A stretch of 64,000 nt of DNA from an uncultured delta proteobacterium (GCA_963789265.1 CAWBKB010000003.1:960001-1024000); one strand, 5' to 3'. Counted from the first letter of the stretch, positions 41,669 through 51,565 are shown. Numbers and translations: made by a program. Notes: generated by a model from the letters alone, not told the origin.

Positions 41669-42436
41669 ATGAGTGCGGAACTTAAATTCAAACCAAAGAT
41701 TTTAGGGTTTGTGTGCCATTGGTGAGCATACGGCGCAGCCGACTTAGCTGGAGTTTCCAGAAGTCAATATACAACTGAAATGAGACTTATTCGCGTCATG
41801 TGTTCCGGTCGAGTCGATCTGACTCATGTATTCCGAGCTTTCTCCAACGGAGTGGATGGAGTGTTCCTTGGTGCCTGCCACTTAAATGAGTGCAACTATA
41901 CTACTCACGGAAATTACCACGCCTTAACCATGGTGAACCTGGCTAAGAAATTGCTGGAACGCATAGGGCTGAACCCGGAGAGATTGAAGATCGAATTTAT
42001 GTCCGGCAGTGAAGCCAACATTTTTGTCGAAGGGGTCAATGGTTTTGTCAGGAAGGTTAAGGAACTGGGGCCTATTGGCCGAGGTGAAGGACTGGACCAA
42101 AAGGAATTGAAGTTCAAACTGGAAGCGGTTACCCAACTTATCCCCTACATTAGACTGGTGGAAAGGGAGAGACTGAGAATACCCATTAAGTCCGAAGAAG
42201 AGTACCATCAATTCTTCGCGAGCGACGAGCTGAACCGGCTATTTGATGAAACTATTGCCGACAAATTGACGATAAGCCAAATTACGTTGCTCCTGCGGGA
42301 AAGACCCCTTCCAATGGCGGAAATGGCAAAAAGGTTGGGCCTAACCCCGTCGGAGGTATCCCGGCATCTGAATGCCTCATCGCGGCAAGGATTAGTCCGA
42401 TACGATGAAAGCCGGAAGTGCTTTGCTCTCGCCTGA
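41669..42436 (+). CDS. bamF: MvhD-like Fe-S subunit, selenoprotein (TGA 41723-41725), with C-terminal helix-turn-helix
   Basis: ATG 41669 after GAGGA: MSAELKFKPKILGFVCHW-TGA-AYGAADLAGVSR...IRVMCSGRVD...GACHLNECNY; hairpin CTGGAGTTTCCAG at 41748-41760. Confidence 0.92.
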
Positions 42437-42489
42437 GGCGAAAAAGCAAGCGGTGGATCGGACGAAAGAAGGAGATCAGGAAAGAGGCT

Positions 42490-42942
42490 ATGGACAAAGA
42501 GAGAATCGATCAGATTATTGACAAGCATCACGGCGAACCCAGTTCGTTGATTCAGATATTGCTGGAGATTCAGGCTGAAAATCATTGGCTTCCCAAGGAA
42601 GCCCTGGAGCAGGTCAGCGAAAGATTACAGGTCCCTATGACCCGGATACAGCATATCGCCACCTTCTACAAAGCCTTTAGTCTGGTTCCCAAGGGACGCC
42701 ATCAAATTCACATTTGTCAGGGAACGGCTTGCCATGTTCGGGGTGCATCGCGTGTGCTCGACACGGTGGAAAACCTGACGGGAATTAAACCCGGAGAAAC
42801 CGACTTGGATATGAAGTTCAGCCTGGAGACCGTGAACTGCCTCGGCTGCTGTGCTTTAGGTCCGGTGATGGAGATCGATGGAAAGGCTCACGGCAAGATG
42901 ACGCCGGCGCAGACCGCAGACGTGTTAAGAAACTACGATTAA
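42490..42942 (+). CDS. bamG: NuoE-like 2Fe-2S subunit
   Basis: ATFYKAF, CQGTACH, VNCLGCCALGP. Confidence 0.9.
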   Translation: MDKERIDQIIDKHHGEPSSLIQILLEIQAENHWLPKEALEQVSERLQVPMTRIQHIATFYKAFSLVPKGRHQIHICQGTACHVRGASRVLDTVENLTGIKPGETDLDMKFSLETVNCLGCCALGPVMEIDGKAHGKMTPAQTADVLRNYD

Positions 42943-42951
42943 GGAAAAACT

Positions 42952-44880
42952 ATGTCGCGGATAAATTCACCCGCTGAATTGGACGAATTCAGAAGAAACC
43001 TCCTTTCGGAAAGAGACCCCGATAAAACCTGCATCACGCTCTGTTCCGGATCTGCTTGCCATGCTTCAGGCAGTCGGGAAGTTGCTGCCAGTATCCAGGA
43101 GGAAATCCAAAAACAAGGTTTAAACGAGGAAGTGGAATTCAGGAGGACCGGTTGCCACGGTTTTTGCGAGCGAGGCCCCATTATCGTTATTCGCCCCGAA
43201 GAAATATGCTATTTCCAGATAAAGCCTGAGGATGTCCCTGAAATCATCTCCCAGACTATCAAAGAGAAGAAAATCATAGACCGTTTACTCTATACCGATC
43301 CCGGCACCAAAGAAAAGATCGTTCATGAATCTGAAATCCCCTTCTACAAGAACCAGGGGCGGCTGGTATTTGGTTCCAACGTCAAGATTGACCCTAAGAG
43401 CATTGATGACTATCTGGCCTTGGGTGGCTATTCGGGGTTAGCCAAAGCGCTTTGCGGGATGACCCCCGAGCAAGTTTTAGAGGAAGTCAAAAAATCCAAC
43501 CTGAGAGGAAGGGGAGGTGGCGGCTTTCCCACCGGAAGAAAGTGGGCGGAATCGCGCAATGCCCCCGGCGATATCAAATACGTGATCGTCAATGCCGACG
43601 AGGGGGACCCTGGAGCCTATATGGACAGGAGCCTTCTCGAGGGGAATCCTCACTCCGTGCTCGAGGGATTGCTCATCGGAGCCTATGCCATCGGCTCCAA
43701 CGAGGGATACATTTACGTTCGTCAGGAATACCCCTTGGCCGTGGAAAATGTGAACATCGCTATCCGGCAGGCCGAGGAGTACGGCCTTCTTGGCAAGGAC
43801 ATCCTGGGGTCCGGCTTTGATTTCACTATTTCGGTGCACCAGGGTGCCGGCGCTTTCGTCTGTGGTGAATCGAGTGCTCTAATGACGGCCTTGGAAGGCA
43901 AGGCCGGAGAGCCCAGACCCAAATATATACATACAGCGGTCAAGGGCGTTTGGGATCGACCCAGCGTTTTGAATAATGTCGAGACCTGGGCGAATGTGCC
44001 GCTGATCATCAATAAGGGCGCGGACTGGTTCACTCAATATGGAACCGAAAAAAGCAAGGGCACCAAGATCTTCTCCCTGGTGGGTAAGATAGTCAATACG
44101 GGGCTGGTGGAAGTCCCCATGGGCGTTACCTTGAGAGACATCATCTACAAAATAGGCGGCGGAATCCCCGGAGGCAAGAAGTTCAAAGCCGTGCAAACCG
44201 GAGGACCGTCGGGGGGATGTCTCCCTGAGGAACTGTTGGACCTGGAAGTGGGGTTTGATGAACTTACCAAGGCCGGTTCCATGATGGGGTCCGGTGGCAT
44301 GATCATTATGGATGAAGATACCTGTATGGTCGATGTCGCCAGGTACTTCCTTAACTTCCTTACGGATGAATCGTGCGGCAAATGCGTGCCCTGCCGGGAA
44401 GGCATCCGGCAGATGCTGAAGACGCTTACCAATATAACCCAAGGAAAGGGCAAAGAGGGCGATATCGAACTTTTGGAACAGTTAGCCGAGGTAGCCGGCG
44501 AGGCATCCCTTTGTGCTTTGGGCAGGAGTGCTCCCAACCCGTTTTTAAGCACGCTAAAATACTTTAAAGATGAGTATGAGGCCCACATCAAGGACAAGCG
44601 GTGCCCGGCTCTATCCTGTAAGGAACTCATCTCGTACTACATTGATCCGAAAGAATGTCGGGCCTGCACGACTTGTGGCAGGAAATGCCCTTCGGAGGCT
44701 ATTATAGGCGGCAAGAACCAGATTCATGTAATTGATCAGGAGAAATGCACCAAGTGCGGTACCTGCTTTGAAGTGTGCCCTCCCCGTTTTCATGCCGTGA
44801 GGAAAATTTCCGGCGAGCCTGTTCCGCCTCCTATCCCTGAAGAAGCCAGAACCATAGTCAGAAAGCGTAAAGAAAAATGA
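42952..44880 (+). CDS. bamH: NuoF-like FMN/NAD-binding subunit
   Basis: LRGRGGGGFPTG, NADEGDPG, GAFVCGE, ESCGKCVPCREG, C-terminal 2x[4Fe-4S]. Confidence 0.93.
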   Translation: MSRINSPAELDEFRRNLLSERDPDKTCITLCSGSACHASGSREVAASIQEEIQKQGLNEEVEFRRTGCHGFCERGPIIVIRPEEICYFQIKPEDVPEIISQTIKEKKIIDRLLYTDPGTKEKIVHESEIPFYKNQGRLVFGSNVKIDPKSIDDYLALGGYSGLAKALCGMTPEQVLEEVKKSNLRGRGGGGFPTGRKWAESRNAPGDIKYVIVNADEGDPGAYMDRSLLEGNPHSVLEGLLIGAYAIGSNEGYIYVRQEYPLAVENVNIAIRQAEEYGLLGKDILGSGFDFTISVHQGAGAFVCGESSALMTALEGKAGEPRPKYIHTAVKGVWDRPSVLNNVETWANVPLIINKGADWFTQYGTEKSKGTKIFSLVGKIVNTGLVEVPMGVTLRDIIYKIGGGIPGGKKFKAVQTGGPSGGCLPEELLDLEVGFDELTKAGSMMGSGGMIIMDEDTCMVDVARYFLNFLTDESCGKCVPCREGIRQMLKTLTNITQGKGKEGDIELLEQLAEVAGEASLCALGRSAPNPFLSTLKYFKDEYEAHIKDKRCPALSCKELISYYIDPKECRACTTCGRKCPSEAIIGGKNQIHVIDQEKCTKCGTCFEVCPPRFHAVRKISGEPVPPPIPEEARTIVRKRKEK

Positions 44881-45491
44881 GCGAAGTCCAATTAAAGATT
44901 GACGGAAGAGAAGTTAAGGCCGAAGAAGGGATGACCGTCTTGGAGGCGGCACGAAGTGCAGGGATATCTATTCCCACACTGTGTCACCACGAGAAATTGG
45001 AACCCTATGGGGCTTGCCGACTTTGTCTGGTGGAATTAGATATGCGCGGCTGGAAAAAACTGGTAGTTTCCTGCCTTTACCCGGTAGCCAATGATTTGGT
45101 GATAATCACCCGGTCGGAAAAGATAGATCGAATTCGCAAAACGATCTTGGAACTCTTGATGGCTCATGCTCCTGATGCTTTTGGATTGCAGGATTTGGCG
45201 AAAGAGTATGGAGCCGACAGGGACCGTTTCGATAAAGAGGCATCCTTCTGCATTCATTGCGGTCTTTGTGTAAGATACTGTGCTGAGGTTAAAAAGAAGA
45301 ACGCGGTTGGATTCGTTAATAGAGGAGCTAATCGGGAGATCAGCTTCATTCCGGAGGTGGCCTCCAAGGAGTGCTGGAACTGCAAAGAATGTTTTCAGCT
45401 TTGCCCTACAGAGGCGCTACAAGCCGCGTACGTTTTGGTCGAAGCGCTTGCGTTTCCGTCTGCTTCAATCAAGTCTACGTCAAACCGTTGA
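44877..45491 (+). CDS. bamI: NuoG N-terminal-like Fe-S subunit
   Basis: IPTLCHH...GACRLCLVE...SC, CIHCGLCVRYC, CWNCKECFQLCP. Confidence 0.9.
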   Translation: MSEVQLKIDGREVKAEEGMTVLEAARSAGISIPTLCHHEKLEPYGACRLCLVELDMRGWKKLVVSCLYPVANDLVIITRSEKIDRIRKTILELLMAHAPDAFGLQDLAKEYGADRDRFDKEASFCIHCGLCVRYCAEVKKKNAVGFVNRGANREISFIPEVASKECWNCKECFQLCPTEALQAAYVLVEALAFPSASIKSTSNR

Positions 45492-45765
45492 AGATGAGTC
45501 TGAATCTGCGGCCATCTGCGGCATCTGCGGATTGGTCTCACTTGCCGTCAAAATCGAGTTTTGGAACTTGAAAAGGAATAGGCCCGTGCTCTTTGACCCA
45601 GGCCTCGTTCTTCCGATTCCATTCCTCCTGCTTGGTTAGTCTCTCAGCTTCAAGCGTTCGCGCTCGTTTCCAAGAATTTTTGCCTGTCATAGTCCTGTGT
45701 CATTATTTTCCCTTCCAAAAGTGATTTGGCCTATAGGTCAGGCACATACTAATCGACCGTTATAA

Positions 45766-45788
45766 GGGGGCAACAGAGCAGAGCCCCC
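45766..45788 (-). terminator. Probable thrS terminator hairpin
   Basis: GGGGGC...GCCCCC stem just downstream of the thrS stop, followed by TTAT on the minus strand. Confidence 0.45.
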
Positions 45789-45805
45789 CAGTGGCGAGGA
45801 TGTCG

Positions 45806-47587
45806 TTAATCAATCGCCTTTGTCCGAATTTCTTCCTTAATCCTGGCCAGGAACTCATCGAGAGACATGCTCCCGAGGTCTTTCCTTCCGCGGCGCCGAA
45901 CAGAGATCGAGCCCGTTTGAGCCTCGCGTTCACCGACGATAATCGTGTAAGGGATCTTCAAAACCTCAGACTGACGTATCTTGTATCCCATAGTTTCATC
46001 GCCGTCATCGCAAACCGCCCGAATGCCTTCCAAAGTGAGTTTCGAGCGAATTTCTTGCGCATAATCCAAGAATCGTTCGGATACCGGTACCGCATTCACC
46101 TGCTTGGCGCTCATCCAAACAGGAAATGCACCGGCAAAGTGTTCGATGGCAACGCCAAAGAACCGCTCCCAGCTTCCAAGAACCACTCGGTGGATCATCA
46201 CGGGACACTTTTCTGTGTCTTCTGCATCGCGATATGTGGCATCCAGAGACTTCGCGGTGTTGAAGTCCACCTGAATTGTAGGCCCCGTCCATTTTCGACC
46301 GATCGCGTCAAATAACGCAAACTCGATCTTCGGGCCGTAAAAGGCCCCCTCTCCGGGGAGCAACTCGAACGGGATGCCTCGCTCTCTCATGGCGGCTTCC
46401 AGGGCAGTCGTGGCCTCATCCCACATTTCATCGGTTCCCACATAGCCCTTTTCCGGACGAGTCGCCAAAAACAGCTTATATCCAAACCCAAACGTGTCGA
46501 GCATGTCGATGGCAAAATCCACGACACTGACGACCTCTGACTGGACCTGATCCGGTCGGCAAAAAATGTGGGCATCATCTTGAGTGAACAACCTCGCGCG
46601 TGTCAGCCCGTGCACCGTACCGGAAAATTCCGCACGCAAGACAGTCCCAAATTCGTAGTACCGGATGGGAAGGTCCCGATAGCTCCGGATCTTATGACGA
46701 TAGATCAGCACGTGACCCGGGCAGTTCATTGGTTTGATCGCGTACGGTTCCCCATCCTTCTCCAGGAAAAACATCATGTCCCGGTAATGATCTTCATGGC
46801 CGGTTCTCTTCCAAAGATCCGCGTTGAGGATGTACGGAGTGGATACGATGTCATAACCTCGCTTGAGGTGCTCGTCTTCCAGGAACCTGGCTATAATTGA
46901 GCGCATCAGAGCCGCGTCCGGATGGTAAAGCGGCAAACCCTTGCCGGCATCTTCTTCAAAGTGAAACAAATCAAGTACCTGGGCAAGTCGACGATGATCT
47001 CGCCTTTCAGCTTCTTTCAGACGTTTCTTGTAGTCATCCAGGTCTTGTTTGGTCTCAAACGCAATCCCATATATGCGCTGTAATTGAGGGCGCGTCGAAT
47101 CGCCTTTCCAGTATGCTCCGGAAACCTTCGTCAGCTCGAAATAGCGAAGATCTTTGGACGATCCGACGTGCGGCCCACGACAGAGATCCACGAAATTGTC
47201 ATGTCTATAATAGGTGACAACGTCGCCAGGAATATTCTGGAGCATTTCCACTTTGTACGGCTGGTCAACGTCTGCCCAATAGCGAACCGCCTCTTCCTTG
47301 GAATGCTCTTCCCACTCGAATTTGAACCCCTTCTTTATGCTCTGCCGCATGCGATCTTCAATTGTGCGGAGATCTGTATCGGAAATCATTACGCCTTTTC
47401 CGTCCGCATCCCGGATCTCTATGTCATAGTAGAATCCATCATCCGTAGCGGGCCCTACGCCCAGGCGGGATTTTTCCCACAGTTCCAGCACTGCGGCGGC
47501 CAAAACATGCGCATAGCTATGACGCATTTTTGACAGCCAGTCCACGGACTCATTCTTCTTCTCAAGATCCAATTGTTGGATCGGCAT
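45806..47587 (-). CDS. thrS: Threonine--tRNA ligase (no N-terminal TGS domain)
   Basis: MRHSYAHVLA, DLCRGPH, GAYWKGD, RDHRRL, KPMNCPGH, FTQDDAHIF, GAFYGPKI, MIHR. Confidence 0.95.
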   Translation of the reverse strand: MPIQQLDLEKKNESVDWLSKMRHSYAHVLAAAVLELWEKSRLGVGPATDDGFYYDIEIRDADGKGVMISDTDLRTIEDRMRQSIKKGFKFEWEEHSKEEAVRYWADVDQPYKVEMLQNIPGDVVTYYRHDNFVDLCRGPHVGSSKDLRYFELTKVSGAYWKGDSTRPQLQRIYGIAFETKQDLDDYKKRLKEAERRDHRRLAQVLDLFHFEEDAGKGLPLYHPDAALMRSIIARFLEDEHLKRGYDIVSTPYILNADLWKRTGHEDHYRDMMFFLEKDGEPYAIKPMNCPGHVLIYRHKIRSYRDLPIRYYEFGTVLRAEFSGTVHGLTRARLFTQDDAHIFCRPDQVQSEVVSVVDFAIDMLDTFGFGYKLFLATRPEKGYVGTDEMWDEATTALEAAMRERGIPFELLPGEGAFYGPKIEFALFDAIGRKWTGPTIQVDFNTAKSLDATYRDAEDTEKCPVMIHRVVLGSWERFFGVAIEHFAGAFPVWMSAKQVNAVPVSERFLDYAQEIRSKLTLEGIRAVCDDGDETMGYKIRQSEVLKIPYTIIVGEREAQTGSISVRRRGRKDLGSMSLDEFLARIKEEIRTKAID

Positions 47588-47869
47588 TCATATCCTCCGC
47601 TGAGTGGGGTCCATTCTTTATGAACTACATAGGCGCCCAGCAAGCGGCGCCCAGTACTCCCACTTCTTTGTGTTTTCTCAGTCGCTTAGTGCAGGCTTTG
47701 TTCTGAACCCTGAGATACCGACCGCTTCGGGCCAGAGATTCCCTTAGTTTAGACCTTGAATGGTCTAAATGGTTCAATGCCGCAGATTATGCTACCTGCG
47801 CAAGGAAGCGAAGTCAACAGAAATCCCGGTTGTAACCCTTCGGTTAGGCGTGAAAATTGCCGGTTCCTT

Positions 47870-47960
47870 GACATTGCGAGAAGCGAGGCGACGAAGCAAT
47901 CTAAGCAGCGTCTAAAGCAAAAGATTGCTTCGTCCCACGAGACGCGGGACTCGCAATGAC
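47870..47960. repeat. RPE-like palindromic element
   Basis: CATTGCGAG...GACGAAGCAATCT, spacer, AGATTGCTTCGTC...CTCGCAATGAC; right half recurs at 54421-54459. Confidence 0.75.
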
Positions 47961-48029
47961 AAGCATTCACCGCTCGCTAGTGAATGCTTGCATTGTAACC
48001 GTTCAGTTCGGCGGGGAAAAGGCAATTTC

Positions 48030-48220
48030 GAGCCCTGACGGGGCGTACCAAGAGTAGCCACGGGTGAAAACCCGTGGAACCAGTGAGACCCCCACCCGAA
48101 ATGTCGACCCCAAGGGGTCGACCAGACGTGGCGGTTTTGAATGAGGTTGAGTGAACCCTTGCAGGGTCCCTTGGAACCAATGTTGCTCCTTTTCCGTGGA
48201 TTGCCCCTTCGGGGCATTGA
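48030..48220. repeat. Array of short GC hairpins (intergenic repeat cluster)
   Basis: GCCCTGACGGGGC, CCACGGGTGAAAACCCGTGG, GTCGACCCCAAGGGGTCGAC, ACCCTTGCAGGGT, GCCCCTTCGGGGC. Confidence 0.6.
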
Positions 48221-48431
48221 TCGCCTAGCGCGCGCAACTGAACGGTTCCGTAGCGGGGCAGTTTGAGATTTCGTTGCAGCGATTCAGTTCCTATCACTAT
48301 CTGATGAACAATTATCAAAAACACTAGCGGAACGTCCCCCAATCAGTCATGTTAATGTAACAATTGCTGAAACTATGGTGCAGACGCTCGTACGCTGTTA
48401 CAGCAAAGTTTCATCTCAGGAGGCAGTACTC

Positions 48432-48938
48432 ATGGACGCGTTGCAGGCAATTTTGACCAGAAGAAGCATTCGAAAATACACCTCTGAACCTGTTTCCGAC
48501 GAGATCGTGACAGAACTCCTCAAAGCCGCCATGAGTGCGCCCACCGCCGCAGGAGAAGTCTGGGACTTTGTTGTGGTGCGTGATCGAAACGTATTGGCCG
48601 GCGTTTCCAAGTATCACCCGCACGCTGAAATGCTCAAAAACGCGGCTGTAGCAATTCTGGTCTGCGGCAACCCCAACATTGAAAAATTGCCCGGCCGCTG
48701 GGTATTGGATTGCGCCGCGGCCACCGAGAATATTCTGATTGCTGCTAACGCCCTTGGTCTGGGTGCCGTCTGGGTGGGAATCTACCCGGTGGAGGAACGT
48801 ATTAAGGGCTTGCGAGTTCTTCTTGGAATACCCGACTACATTACGCCTTTGTCCATGGCATCTCTTGGATACCCCGGAGAAAAGAAATCTCCGCCTTCAC
48901 GGTTTAGAGCGGAGCGCATCCATCGCGACCGGTGGTAG
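48432..48938 (+). CDS. Nitroreductase family protein
   Basis: ILTRRSIRKY, AAMSAPTA, DCAAATENILIAANALGLGAVWVG. Confidence 0.9.
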   Translation: MDALQAILTRRSIRKYTSEPVSDEIVTELLKAAMSAPTAAGEVWDFVVVRDRNVLAGVSKYHPHAEMLKNAAVAILVCGNPNIEKLPGRWVLDCAAATENILIAANALGLGAVWVGIYPVEERIKGLRVLLGIPDYITPLSMASLGYPGEKKSPPSRFRAERIHRDRW

Positions 48939-49018
48939 AGCTGTACGGGCTCGCGACGTTGAGGAAGTCCGTGCCAAGTTCGACTTCGCCCCATTAAATC
49001 ATAACTGCCAGTCAGCGG

Positions 49019-49726
49019 CTATGATTTCTTCCCTACCGTGACCAGAACTACAGGTCGCACGTCCTCCGGGAGCTTAAGGACCTTGGAAAGCTCCTTGTCT
49101 CGGATTCCGCCGACGGTGTTGGTTTCAAGACCGAGGGCTCGCGCCTGGAGCAGAATGTTCTGATCCGCGTTTCCGGCTTCCATCACCCCGAAATTGATCC
49201 CACGCTCGGGCCCCGATGTAGCCTCGGCCCGCTTGAATACCGTGCCAACAACTACAGACACAGGCGCTCGGTCAATCCAAGACTGTCCTTTGCATGCTGC
49301 GGACATGGGCTTTCGCTGATCGCCTTCGGCGATCTTTTGCAGGGCATGATTATCCGCATCGTAGTGATATACCCCAGCGGGGAGCTGCTTCACCGTTTCC
49401 TGGCCACATACGAGGTAGAGCTCGATGGGATATGTTTTCTTCGCGGACGGGATTACTTTCTTTGTGGCCGCAGAGACCGCATCAACCGGTATGTTGCCGT
49501 TACCTGCCCACAGGATTTGCCCGACTTGGGCAAGGGTGAGCGGAGCAGGCGAGTAGCTTCTGGATGTTTGACGGGTAGCAAGCGCCTTTTCCACCGAAAT
49601 GGTCCCATCCAGTGCGGGCTTTGGAAGTGGTATTTCCTCTGCGTATGCAGGGCAGGAGCCAAATGCGAGGATCATTGTCAAAGCGAGGAACATGAGCAAT
49701 TGAAAACGGATCGAACATCTTAACAT
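49019..49726 (-). CDS. SagB/ThcOx-like nitroreductase with signal peptide
   Basis: ATG 49726 after GGAGGT; LPKP...SVEKALATRQTSRSY, PSA, YPIELY, MEAGNADQNILLQA. Confidence 0.8.
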   Translation of the reverse strand: MLRCSIRFQLLMFLALTMILAFGSCPAYAEEIPLPKPALDGTISVEKALATRQTSRSYSPAPLTLAQVGQILWAGNGNIPVDAVSAATKKVIPSAKKTYPIELYLVCGQETVKQLPAGVYHYDADNHALQKIAEGDQRKPMSAACKGQSWIDRAPVSVVVGTVFKRAEATSGPERGINFGVMEAGNADQNILLQARALGLETNTVGGIRDKELSKVLKLPEDVRPVVLVTVGKKS

Positions 49727-49998
49727 GATAATTACCTCCACAGGCGAAACGCAGGATCTTTCAGTTCCGAGCATAATACCGGGCAAGCTCTTCGGTCAAC
49801 CGCCACCTTTTTCATAATTCAGCTCGACGAAGCTATAGAGGCACATTATATTTTAGCGTGTTGAAATCAGGTCTTTTTTAGGGCAGAACTGGTTGCCTGG
49901 CGAATTGCTTCGACAGACAGTCCAGTGATCGCAGATGCTGATTGCGACTATCACCCGCTCCCGATGAAGATTCGATGCAATCCTACGCAGGAGCTTCA

Positions 49999-50301
49999 AT
50001 GATGACCAGAGAGAAGATCTTCGGGATATTGCAAGCAAAAATTTCCTATCTTGCCACTGAATTGGACGTTAGTAAGATCGGATTATTCGGCTCGTACGCG
50101 AAAGGGCAACCCGACGAGACCTGTGACATTGACATTGTTGTAGAGTTTGAACGCCCGATCGGATTTAAGTTTCTAGAACTGGCTGAGTTCCTTGAAAGTT
50201 TATTGGGTCACAGGGTGGACTTGCTTACACCCGCGGGCATTCAAAATATTCGAAAAGCACAAGTCGCAGAAAGCATTTTAAAAAGCATCATGTATGTCTA
50301 A
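49999..50301 (+). CDS. Minimal nucleotidyltransferase (MNT/MntA antitoxin)
   Basis: LFGSYAKG...DIDIVVEF...LESLLGHRVDL. Confidence 0.85.
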   Translation: MMTREKIFGILQAKISYLATELDVSKIGLFGSYAKGQPDETCDIDIVVEFERPIGFKFLELAEFLESLLGHRVDLLTPAGIQNIRKAQVAESILKSIMYV

Positions 50302-50347
50302 GCCGACAGACCAAGAATTCCTGAGCGACATACGCGAAGTAATTTAA
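50294..50347 (+). pseudogene. 17-codon stub of HEPN/DUF86 toxin
   Basis: MSKPTDQEFLSDIREVI* overlaps the MNT stop, as HepT genes do, and resembles DUF86 N-termini. Confidence 0.55.
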
Positions 50348-50348
50348 C

Positions 50349-51245
50349 ATGAAGCTGCTGGCAACAAAGCCCCTCTTCACGTTACTTCAGTTGATCTCCT
50401 TCCTTTGGCCTGCAGTCTTTTCCCCAGCCCAAGCCGCAGAACAATCCCTCAAAATCTCGGGCATGGACGTCACCGTCTGGGCCCAAAAGACGGAAGAACC
50501 GACCAAACAACCGGTGATCATTTTTTCTCACGGTTTTCATGGGTGCAACACGCAATCACGTTTCCTCATGGAGGCTTTTGCATCCGCGGGGTACATCATA
50601 TTCGCGCCGAATCACCGTGACGCGACCTGTCACGGAGGTAGAGCCAGATGGATTGACAGGCCCGAGGTACGTCTTCGCAAACCGCAGAATTGGACCGAAG
50701 CCACCTATCGCGACCGCGCGGAGGATATTCGACGATTGATTCAGGCTATTCAGACGGATGATCGCTTTCGTGAACGAGTGGATTGGAATCGCTTCGGTCT
50801 CGCGGGACATTCCCTCGGAGGGTACACGGTTCTAGGGTTAGCCGGGGCGTGGCCGAGCTGGAAGCTGAGTGGGGTAAAGGCCGTGCTTGCGCTTTCGCCT
50901 TATACTCAGCCATTCGTTTTGCATGACACATTGGCGGGTTTGTCCGCCCCAGTGATGTATCAGGGGGGTACATGGGATTATGGCACTGCACCGACGATGC
51001 ACAAATCTATGGGCGCCTACGATCAGTCGCCGGAACCGAAATACTACGTGGAATTCGAAAGAGTGGGCCATTTCGCCTGGACAGACATTGGCAGAAGAAC
51101 CGCCCGTAACGCTATCATCGCATACAGCCTCGCGTTCATGAATCATTACGTGAAGCGCGAACCTGCCGATCCTGTGCTGACAAAAGCCCTGGCCGGCGTG
51201 GCACTATTCAGGTACGCGTCGGAATTCGGCCGCATGGGGCGCTGA
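50349..51245 (+). CDS. Exported alpha/beta hydrolase
   Basis: Signal peptide, IIFSHG, GHSLGG nucleophile, GTWD, GHFAW. Confidence 0.85.
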   Translation: MKLLATKPLFTLLQLISFLWPAVFSPAQAAEQSLKISGMDVTVWAQKTEEPTKQPVIIFSHGFHGCNTQSRFLMEAFASAGYIIFAPNHRDATCHGGRARWIDRPEVRLRKPQNWTEATYRDRAEDIRRLIQAIQTDDRFRERVDWNRFGLAGHSLGGYTVLGLAGAWPSWKLSGVKAVLALSPYTQPFVLHDTLAGLSAPVMYQGGTWDYGTAPTMHKSMGAYDQSPEPKYYVEFERVGHFAWTDIGRRTARNAIIAYSLAFMNHYVKREPADPVLTKALAGVALFRYASEFGRMGR

Positions 51246-51271
51246 GACCGACTTCTTCCGCAGCTTGTTCC

Positions 51272-51298
51272 TTGACAAATCGTACGTAACGACGTACG
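51272..51298 (+). promoter_or_regulatory. yefM-yoeB promoter/operator
   Basis: TTGACA (51272-51277) followed by two CGTACG palindromes (51281-51286 and 51293-51298). Confidence 0.65.
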
Positions 51299-51322
51299 GT
51301 TTGGGTAGCGAAGGAGCACACT

Positions 51323-51565
51323 ATGACCGTTGTCAAAGCAAGTGACGCGCGAGCCCGTTTGTACCGACTGATTGACGAAACCGCGTCTTCTCACGAACCG
51401 ATGCTTATCACCGGCAAGAGAAGCAACGCGGTTCTAATCAGCGAGGAGGACTGGAGATCCATCCAGGAGACGCTGCATCTGCTTTCGATTCCGGGCATGA
51501 GGGAGTCCATCAAAGACGGCCTCAAGACCCCGGTTGAAGAATGCGCCGGGGAACTTGAGTGGTGA
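51323..51565 (+). CDS. yefM: Phd/YefM antitoxin
   Basis: ASDARARLYRLID...ITGKRSNAVLISEEDWRSIQETLHLL. Confidence 0.9.
   Translation: MTVVKASDARARLYRLIDETASSHEPMLITGKRSNAVLISEEDWRSIQETLHLLSIPGMRESIKDGLKTPVEECAGELEW

Noticed and set aside
42490..45491. Respiratory complex I nuoEFG or FeFe-hydrogenase
   Set aside because: No membrane nuo genes and no H-cluster motifs; position after bamB-F identifies them as bamGHI.
45504..45530. Three ATCTGCGG units as a possible CRISPR or regulatory array
   Set aside because: Units are 8 nt with 1-2 nt gaps; a short intergenic repeat with no spacers and no cas genes.
47588..47760. T-box riboswitch upstream of thrS
   Set aside because: No GGTGGnACC T-box sequence on the minus strand.
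49019..49726. RiPP azole-biosynthesis cluster suggested by the SagB-like protein
   Set aside because: No YcaO, precursor peptide or transporter nearby; it is a stand-alone exported nitroreductase.
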